DNA of 64,000 nt, from IMG/VR virus record IMGVR_UViG_3300003322_001263; one strand, written 5' to 3'. Both the position numbers and the translations under genes were made by a program. Source of the DNA: an uncultured virus (IMG/VR IMGVR_UViG_3300003322_001263). Lineage: Duplodnaviria > Heunggongvirae > Uroviricota > Caudoviricetes. A model generated the notes under the pieces. It ran no database searches. It was not told the origin of the DNA and saw only the letters and a program-made list of their open reading frames with translations. This document shows positions 57,280 through 64,000 of the stretch, in pieces (the first letter of the stretch is position 1; the number at the start of each line of letters is the position of its first letter).

Positions 57280-57492
57280 ATGTCGTTACCAAAAAAAGCC
57301 AGAAGCGGCGATTTATTTGATAAGGTTCTTATTAATGTATATGACCTAAAAACGAAACAAATTGTTTTTACTGGCGGGCAATGCCAAGTAGCGAGTTTTT
57401 TAAATATATCGCAATCACACATTTTTAATTATATAAAAACAAAATCTAAATTCAGAAAAAAATACGCCTTAAGGATGGCAAAATCAAAATGA
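57280..57492 (+). CDS. NUMOD1-like HTH protein
   Basis: INVYDL......F.....VASFLNIS.S.I. Confidence 0.6.
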   Translation: MSLPKKARSGDLFDKVLINVYDLKTKQIVFTGGQCQVASFLNISQSHIFNYIKTKSKFRKKYALRMAKSK

Positions 57493-57896
57493 AAACATTT
57501 GGCAACTATTTATTAGAATTACTTGGCGGCATAACATTTATCATTTTTATGATGTGGCTTTGCAGCGCCTGTAATAGCCCACAGCGGCAAATAAAAATGA
57601 TACATGACTACCAAGACAGCATTGGTATTACCAAGCTACAATTAGATTATATAGATCAACAGCGTGATAGTTTGGCTATGGCTTACCAAATGCACTACCC
57701 AGCCAAGGCATTCCCGCGCATAGACACCAGCGCGCATTACGCGTATGTACGCGAGGAAAGCGCCGCCTACCATCAATTATTGAGAGATCAGGCCACATTT
57801 GACGCCCGCTTTGATCCGGTTAAAGTTCAGTATCTAGAAAACCTAGACAGGTATAAACGTATTGTTGACAGTTTAAAATTATTATTACATGACTGA
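57489..57896 (+). CDS. Putative lipoprotein
   Basis: Hydrophobic leader ending LCSAC. Confidence 0.55.
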   Translation: MKTFGNYLLELLGGITFIIFMMWLCSACNSPQRQIKMIHDYQDSIGITKLQLDYIDQQRDSLAMAYQMHYPAKAFPRIDTSAHYAYVREESAAYHQLLRDQATFDARFDPVKVQYLENLDRYKRIVDSLKLLLHD

Positions 57897-58137
57897 TAGC
57901 TTAAGAATTATTATTGAGGTAACAGGTGGCTTGATACCGGGCAAAACTATGCCGCAGTATACCAAGCAATTTATTATTACTAGCGATACGTGGTATGCAC
58001 AAGGTATTTATGAAGGCAAGCAAGAAGAAGCGCGTTTGGAAATATTAAAAGTATACGGTTTTGCACAAGAATATGCGCGTAATCTAATGAATCCGCAAGT
58101 GTGCAATTGGGTGAACTTAAATTGGCTGTACTTATGA
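57889..58137 (+). CDS. Hypothetical protein
   Basis: 82-aa ORF. Confidence 0.55.
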   Translation: MTDSLRIIIEVTGGLIPGKTMPQYTKQFIITSDTWYAQGIYEGKQEEARLEILKVYGFAQEYARNLMNPQVCNWVNLNWLYL

Positions 58138-58294
58138 GATTTTGGAAATTGTTTATTGATGGCTATTGTTACAGCGCAGGCATCTTGCTTGCGCTGGCTA
58201 CTATATGGGCTATAATATATTTAATAAAAAACCGGCGCGGTTAGCGCCGGTCTGAATGGACAATGCAAATGAACAGCAGGTAGATGAGTGCAAA

Positions 58295-58687
58295 TTAAAT
58301 TTCTGGTGCTGGCGTTGGTGTTGGTGCTGGTTGATCCGGCACGGTGCCTTCTAAGTCTGTTCTAGTAGTAGCTAAGTTGTTGCTAATATTAGTTAGACTG
58401 TTAGCAATGTCTTGAATCTGTTCCGCTGTTGCGCCGTTTGCAAGTTGCTGTTGCAAGGTTGTGATCTGGCTATTCAGGTCGTTTACAACTCCTGCATTAG
58501 TGTCAAGCAACTCCTGAACTTGCGCTTGTTCATTGTCTAATGCGGTTTGCAAATCTGTTACTTGTGTTTGCAAACTGCCTACTTGCGTTTTTAAATCATC
58601 AATAGCTGCCATAATTAAAGATTGATTTTGTATTATTAAATCTAATTTATCATTATCGGCTTCTAATACTTCTATACAGAATTTCAT
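58295..58687 (-). CDS. Coiled-coil protein with Pro-rich tail
   Basis: Heptad repeats; PDQPAPTPTPAP. Confidence 0.65.
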   Translation of the reverse strand: MKFCIEVLEADNDKLDLIIQNQSLIMAAIDDLKTQVGSLQTQVTDLQTALDNEQAQVQELLDTNAGVVNDLNSQITTLQQQLANGATAEQIQDIANSLTNISNNLATTRTDLEGTVPDQPAPTPTPAPEI

Positions 58688-58743
58688 AGCCTATAAATTT
58701 GTTGCAATATAAGCAAATATCGTACCTGGCAGTATTGCTAAAA

Positions 58744-58950
58744 TAAAAAAACGGCGGCTTTTAAACCACCGTTTTGCTTCTAGCGATTCTTTTTCACAAA
58801 TTTCTATTACTTCACTTTCAGGCAGGCAGACCTGACTACAAATGTAATTAAATTATTTACACTACCAATATTTTTTTGTACATTTGTTATTCTCATAAAA
58901 GCAATAATTTTTCTCATTGGACTGGCCGGGTATTTCTATACCCGGCTTTA
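58744..58950. ncRNA. Divergent pair of putative sRNAs
   Basis: Back-to-back TACATTTG boxes (minus 58846-58839, plus 58879-58886), each followed by a hairpin and U-tract. Confidence 0.5.
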
Positions 58951-59907
58951 TTTATTATTGGCAGCAACCCATTTTTTATATGCTGAACTACTTATTACTT
59001 CATTATATAAATTAGGGTCTTGATTCTTTACAAGAGTGGCACTTACTGGCCCGGCTTGGTGGCCACAATTGTAACCGCCCAACAGCGTTAAAAAATTGGC
59101 TACTGTGGTGGTTGGGTACATACCATCGGGTAGCCCGGTTTTAGCATTTAAAGGCACTTTAACGCTCTTGCCATCTTTTGTATAATACAAATCCTTTGCC
59201 TTTAATAAGTCTGGTATTTGGCTTATATGGAAGTACCTGCGTTCGTGCATGGCAATACAGAATGGGCGGCTGGTATTAATCAATGTATTTTGATAGCTAT
59301 ACCATTCATAACCCAAATCGCTACTTGCTATCTGTGTATAGTTCCTGTTATATTGATTAATGCTATCTACTGTAATTTGTTTTGTATACCTGTCTAATAA
59401 GCCGGGGCTTTTGTCGGTAGTTAAAATTGCTTCTTTTAGATGCGATTGCATATCTTTATAACTACCGCCTTGGGTTACATTCTGTGTAAGTATATCACTT
59501 ATTGGCTGCGCTACATTTGCATCAATGCCATTTTCCATTAGCTTTGTTACGGTATCTTGAATAGCTATCTGTTTAATTTGCTTCAAAATACTGCTTGGTT
59601 TAAATGTGCTTTCCACTGTACGCCAATAACTATTTTGCAATGTAGTAAGGTCATTAAACGATTTTACAAACTGCTTTACTTGGCTCTTATAACTATCGGT
59701 CAATATAACCTTAAGCAATTTATTCTTGATATTGCTTACGATTTTAATATTGCCTATGGTTGGCTTAATGCGCCCGTCTTGCAAATCTAGCTTTCGAAGC
59801 TCTTCGTCTAAGCTTTGCAGCATATCGGTTTGACTGGCCGGTATCTGCTCAATAAAAGTGCTTATGGCGTCGTCTATGCGTGCTATTATGTCTTTAAAAT
59901 TTGGCAT
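58948..59907 (-). CDS. Head morphogenesis/minor capsid protein (MuF-like)
   Basis: SRPFC and GGYNCGH; follows the portal. Confidence 0.75.
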   Translation of the reverse strand: MPNFKDIIARIDDAISTFIEQIPASQTDMLQSLDEELRKLDLQDGRIKPTIGNIKIVSNIKNKLLKVILTDSYKSQVKQFVKSFNDLTTLQNSYWRTVESTFKPSSILKQIKQIAIQDTVTKLMENGIDANVAQPISDILTQNVTQGGSYKDMQSHLKEAILTTDKSPGLLDRYTKQITVDSINQYNRNYTQIASSDLGYEWYSYQNTLINTSRPFCIAMHERRYFHISQIPDLLKAKDLYYTKDGKSVKVPLNAKTGLPDGMYPTTTVANFLTLLGGYNCGHQAGPVSATLVKNQDPNLYNEVISSSAYKKWVAANNK

Positions 59908-61802
59908 TATGCATTCGCGTTAGCTGGCTGATTATTGTTTTGTTGCTGCATGCTTGGCTGATCCATTGGCGGGTTATCGGCTTCGGTGCTGGTATCTTGC
60001 ACGGCTGTTCCGTCATTTTGGCCACCGGCCAGCGCAGCGGCAATAAGTTGTGACGCTTCGTCCATTTTTGTTATTTGTTCTACGGCATATTGGTTCATCA
60101 ATTGCATCTGTTTGTCGTACTCCCAAGTATCGAAATCTTCGTTTTCAAACAACGCGCGTCGCACATACCAAACAAGATTATCGCTAATTATATTGTTCTC
60201 GCGCGTAATTGTTTTATTCGCAGCCATAGCCAATTTATCTTCCACGGTACTGCCGGGTAATGGATCAAGTACATGTACAAGGCGGATAACCTGATTTATG
60301 GCCGGATCCTGCGCAAAGCGTTTTGAAGCATACTCTACCTCCATTTCGCTTATAAGTAATGGATTAATTTTGGCGTCACGGGCACCCTTAATTTCGTCCC
60401 GCATGTATTGACTACTAATCAGATCATAGTGTTCTGGTACTGGTATTACAGGCACCATTTTATCAACGTCTTCTTTGGCATATATACCTAAATAACGATA
60501 ATAAGCTATAGTCCTATAAATCTTATCCATAAGCGCAATTAAATCTTCCGCGATACCATGTACCGTATTATTAAGTTCCTCCTTATCTACCTCTTTAGCT
60601 GTGCCACTTTGGTTGAGCGGTGTTTGTTCTAGAAACTGGAAGTTAATGGCGGCAAGTGCTTTATAGATATGCTTATCTACGCTTTCGTCCATTAGCTTAA
60701 CAATATTAATATCCTTTTCAATATACCCTGCGGGTGGCGTTGGTAATGCCTGTTGTCCCATATCTGCCGGGCGTATTAATAATTTACTATATGGCCCGCT
60801 TGGAATGTAGCCGTTATGGCAATTTGTACATTTTAATTGACGCATTTCAGGCGCATCGCCTTCTTTCCAGTTTTGGTTAACAAGCATCCCAACCCCTTTA
60901 CACTTAGGGCATTCATGTTGTGTAAACTCCCAACGCTCTGGGTATATATTAAGCCGCTTACCGGCTTGCAAATCTGTATATTCTGCAACAGCTTCATTAA
61001 GGTTGGGTAGCATACCACTAATGCGGCTCTCGTATACAAAATTATTTTGTTCGCTATCGCATATAATACCCCCAAGCTTAAACGCTGGCAACCACCCAAG
61101 ATTATGTTGATAATCTAGCGCAAGTGTAAAATTCTTTTTTGCATCAATCTGGTCATACCGTTGTATGCTCATTGTATTAACAACATAAAAGCTACGCCCT
61201 TGTTGTAATTTGCCTTTATTGTCGTAATAAATACAACCGGCAGCTATTTCAAGCACGGCGTATTCCTCAGATTTAAAGTCAATTACTTCGCAACAATTGT
61301 ATAGATATGGGAATGGGCTAAGATAATCTGTTACTTCAAGCCCTTCTGTAACAAGTGGCGCAATAAGTATCACCGCGTTACTGTCAATAAGATACTGCTT
61401 TAAAACTACATTGAAAATATAGTTTGTAAGGCTAGTAAAATATGGAAAATCTTTTTCGCAGTAATCTTCTAGTTCTTCGCCTTCTACTATTTTGTCAAAT
61501 TTTTCATTTGGGTATACAATAGCCCAATCGCTTGACCTGCGTATTTTGCCAAGGCTACTAACCACCCGGCTAAATGTAGGCTTTGTAATGGGCTCCCATA
61601 TTAAAAGCCTAAACTCCTTTACTATATCCGGTTCGTTTGGCCGTTGCTTATCTATAATATTGGTAGGCTTCTTGCCATCGCTATGCGGCAAAAAATCTTC
61701 ATATTTTTTCTTACAATCTACATAAAAATAATGACGCATATCTGCATTGAAATAAGCGCGCAATTCTTCGGGTGTGAAAATCTTTACTGGTAAATTTGCC
61801 AT
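59907..61802 (-). CDS. Portal protein with zinc-finger insertion
   Basis: 631 aa, SGTAKEVD motif, CPKCKGVG...CTNCHNG, low-complexity tail; upstream of the MuF-like gene. Confidence 0.75.
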   Translation of the reverse strand: MANLPVKIFTPEELRAYFNADMRHYFYVDCKKKYEDFLPHSDGKKPTNIIDKQRPNEPDIVKEFRLLIWEPITKPTFSRVVSSLGKIRRSSDWAIVYPNEKFDKIVEGEELEDYCEKDFPYFTSLTNYIFNVVLKQYLIDSNAVILIAPLVTEGLEVTDYLSPFPYLYNCCEVIDFKSEEYAVLEIAAGCIYYDNKGKLQQGRSFYVVNTMSIQRYDQIDAKKNFTLALDYQHNLGWLPAFKLGGIICDSEQNNFVYESRISGMLPNLNEAVAEYTDLQAGKRLNIYPERWEFTQHECPKCKGVGMLVNQNWKEGDAPEMRQLKCTNCHNGYIPSGPYSKLLIRPADMGQQALPTPPAGYIEKDINIVKLMDESVDKHIYKALAAINFQFLEQTPLNQSGTAKEVDKEELNNTVHGIAEDLIALMDKIYRTIAYYRYLGIYAKEDVDKMVPVIPVPEHYDLISSQYMRDEIKGARDAKINPLLISEMEVEYASKRFAQDPAINQVIRLVHVLDPLPGSTVEDKLAMAANKTITRENNIISDNLVWYVRRALFENEDFDTWEYDKQMQLMNQYAVEQITKMDEASQLIAAALAGGQNDGTAVQDTSTEADNPPMDQPSMQQQNNNQPANANA

Positions 61803-61805
61803 AGT

Positions 61806-62681
61806 TTACATTTGTTGCCGGTTAATCATCATCTCCTTCTTGCTAATCAATGGGAAAACGTGCTGCAAACCCAAGCGGCCAGCACTTGCCGCGCAAATTC
61901 GGTCGTAGGTTCGTTTAAGACCGCCACCGTTGTAATTACTGCCGCAGCTTATTGCATAGTAATTAGCTTGCAAGTCCGCTATATCAGCCATATTACCTCC
62001 ATTAAGGCGATCCCAATACGTGGGCTTCCATTTGTATTGATGCGGTACTATACTGCATTGATTCGTGGCTATATTAATAGCCAGTTCGTCAGGTATATTA
62101 TCGGCGAATTTTTTTACAGTTTGTAACGCATGCGCGCGCGCGTATACCGCGCGCATGCGCGCGAACAGCTCTTCCGCGTACATATTATTTTCAAAATAAA
62201 TGAACTCGCCGCGCCATTGATACATTATGCCGTATAAATCAAATACGCTGGCAAGTTCATCTAAGTCGGCCCAAGTAGGATACTTACTGTTTAAATCGCT
62301 TTTACTTGGGTCGTCATAATTGTACATGCCTTCTGTTATCCCTGTAAACGGCACGCCTTTTAGTTTATCAAACAATTTGGCCGGGCTTTCTTTATTAACC
62401 CATAATGTATCAACGTCCATATATATAGTACGTTCGTATGGCGTAAGCTGATCTAATTGTAGCTTAACACCAAACGGTTTCCCGTGATCGTCTATACACA
62501 TTTTATTATCAAATACATACATGAAACGTTGATTAATATGCGCAATTGCGCTATCTGTATATACTAATGTTATTTGAGTATTTAAATCAATGGCTTTTAA
62601 ACTCATTGCCAAATTGTATGCCATGCGTCCATAATATGGGTGCCCTATTGCCAATAATACTATTCCTGTTTCTTGCTTCAT
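61806..62681 (-). CDS. GT-A fold glycosyltransferase (GT8-like) in the head module
   Basis: Y..MA.NLA.SL, PYERTIYMDVD, PDE.A. Confidence 0.72.
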   Translation of the reverse strand: MKQETGIVLLAIGHPYYGRMAYNLAMSLKAIDLNTQITLVYTDSAIAHINQRFMYVFDNKMCIDDHGKPFGVKLQLDQLTPYERTIYMDVDTLWVNKESPAKLFDKLKGVPFTGITEGMYNYDDPSKSDLNSKYPTWADLDELASVFDLYGIMYQWRGEFIYFENNMYAEELFARMRAVYARAHALQTVKKFADNIPDELAINIATNQCSIVPHQYKWKPTYWDRLNGGNMADIADLQANYYAISCGSNYNGGGLKRTYDRICAASAGRLGLQHVFPLISKKEMMINRQQM

Positions 62682-62682
62682 A

Positions 62683-63837
62683 TTAAAAACATGTTCCTAA
62701 ATAAGTGACAGTGATTTGTGACTCAACAACTAAATTTACCGGGTTGCTACCGCTGAATTGCAGTACACATATTTCGCGCTGGTGTAATGGCCCAATATTA
62801 ATACTGCGTTCTATGCCGTCGCAATCGGTATAGCTGCCCGCCCTAAAGTTATCAGGATCGGTATTAAATAATTCATAATCTCCGCAGGTGTCTGCCGGGG
62901 GTGGTGTTGTGGTAGTAAATGTTATAGATGCCGACGGGCTTTCGTTGCCGGTACCGCAATTAGTTAAAATATAAAAAATATATTCTTGGCCCGGTATTAA
63001 ACCAGTAATATCGGCATGATCAGACGGAGATATGGTAGCCCCGCCAACTATTGTATTATCTGGTAAGGTGCGCAATTGCCAAATATACGAAGTTGCCCCT
63101 GCTGCCGGGGTCCAATTAACGGTAACTGAGGTTGTATCTAGGTTGGTTATATTTAAACCGGTAACCATTTGGCATGCTGGTATTGTGCCATTTAAATCCG
63201 CATATACATCGGCTTCGTCAAATTGTCCATTAGCACACTGCGCCCTATACGTTAATATTTTTGCATGCGTTAATGCTGGCATTGTTGTTTGTGTGTGAAC
63301 AACAATCTCATTATTTGCATTGATAACCGCGCTCGCTAAATAGTTGCTATCAAATGTAACTAAGCTAATGGTAATAGGGTTGCAACATATTTCATCATTA
63401 GCAAGTACATCTATAGTATAATCTGTATTTTCGTTTAACGTACCTGCATCGTCATCATTGGCAACAACCTGTATCATTTCTTGGCAAGTGCCGCAATTGC
63501 TATTAGTAGCATTGAATGGGCTTACCTCTGCTTTAAATTTGCCTTGCGCCAATGGATGGCTTAGAAAATCCTGCCATTCAATTTGATAATCACCTTCTTG
63601 CGTTATAACGCCAACATATTTGTCACCTTCTACTTGAACGCTATCATGCACAAGCGCAATTTTTAAACGCTCATGTAACTTCTCAGGAATGCTGTCGGTA
63701 AGCCCTTCATATACCTTGCGCACAACAACGCTCAGCGTTACAGTAACTCCATTAGCTTTGCGATACCTGTTGGCATCTTCTAAAAACTGCGGTTTATGCA
63801 ATTTAAAAGGTAGTCGTATGCGGTTGCTAAAGCTCAT
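62683..63837 (-). CDS. Structural protein with Ig-like and fibronectin type III domains
   Basis: ANDD...IDVLAND; VTVNW....ATSY...ITGL.PG.EY.F. Confidence 0.7.
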   Translation of the reverse strand: MSFSNRIRLPFKLHKPQFLEDANRYRKANGVTVTLSVVVRKVYEGLTDSIPEKLHERLKIALVHDSVQVEGDKYVGVITQEGDYQIEWQDFLSHPLAQGKFKAEVSPFNATNSNCGTCQEMIQVVANDDDAGTLNENTDYTIDVLANDEICCNPITISLVTFDSNYLASAVINANNEIVVHTQTTMPALTHAKILTYRAQCANGQFDEADVYADLNGTIPACQMVTGLNITNLDTTSVTVNWTPAAGATSYIWQLRTLPDNTIVGGATISPSDHADITGLIPGQEYIFYILTNCGTGNESPSASITFTTTTPPPADTCGDYELFNTDPDNFRAGSYTDCDGIERSINIGPLHQREICVLQFSGSNPVNLVVESQITVTYLGTCF

Positions 63838-64000
63838 TATATGATTATTGTTGTATTGGTTTCTAATTCAACTGTCATTGTTATTGATGGCGCATCAACC
63901 ACATGTATAATTGTAATAACGTCATTAAATTCAAATTCTATAATCATATGGTTGTATAGCTTTTCTTTACTTTAAAGTTGCCTGTTAAAATATATTGCTG

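Larger units (their letters stand above)
1..64000. mobile_element. Tailed dsDNA bacteriophage genome segment, Bacteroidota host; no integrase or att site seen in this window
   Basis: Terminase, portal, capsid, tail, endolysin, primase-helicase and RecT; dense small ORFs; Bacteroidota-type promoters. Confidence 0.95.

Noticed and set aside
62126..62163. GC-alternating run GCATGCGCGCGCGCG...GCGCGCATGCGCGCG
   Set aside because: Explained by the coding sequence ARMRAVYARAHA
1..64000. Integrase, att sites, reverse transcriptase/DGR, introns, IS elements
   Set aside because: No matching motifs seen; lifestyle cannot be decided from this window

Overview
The whole window is an AT-rich tailed dsDNA phage (or prophage) of a Bacteroidota host, probably Chitinophagaceae-like. 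The host call rests on TTTG-N18-21-TAnnTTTG promoters, Bacteroidota-type ECF sigma factors and host-like envelope protein fragments. Morphogenesis genes are all on the minus strand but split into three blocks: terminase (0.2-2.7 kb), lysis/tail/capsid (30-40.5 kb) and portal/head (58.9-63.8 kb). Between them lie a replication module (Prim-Pol/helicase, SF2 helicase, clamp, iteron-like origin), RecT/exonuclease, and accessory blocks mostly on the plus strand. Main points of interest: (1) a TET/JBP + radical SAM + TET-associated glycosyltransferase DNA-hypermodification cluster, with a distant C5-methyltransferase apparently split over two overlapping frames; (2) an isocyanide synthase next to a cysteine-dioxygenase-like cupin; (3) a large non-coding RNA layer: a complete type I hammerhead ribozyme, four aberrant tRNA-like elements, a pistol-topology pseudoknot, and about 9 short units that end in a hairpin with a conserved UUU(C/U)(U/C)A loop, several with their own promoter and an anti-start-codon-like segment; (4) four ECF sigma factors; (5) a multi-glycosyltransferase/methyltransferase cluster. 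All calls come from motif recognition by eye; no searches or folding programs were run.
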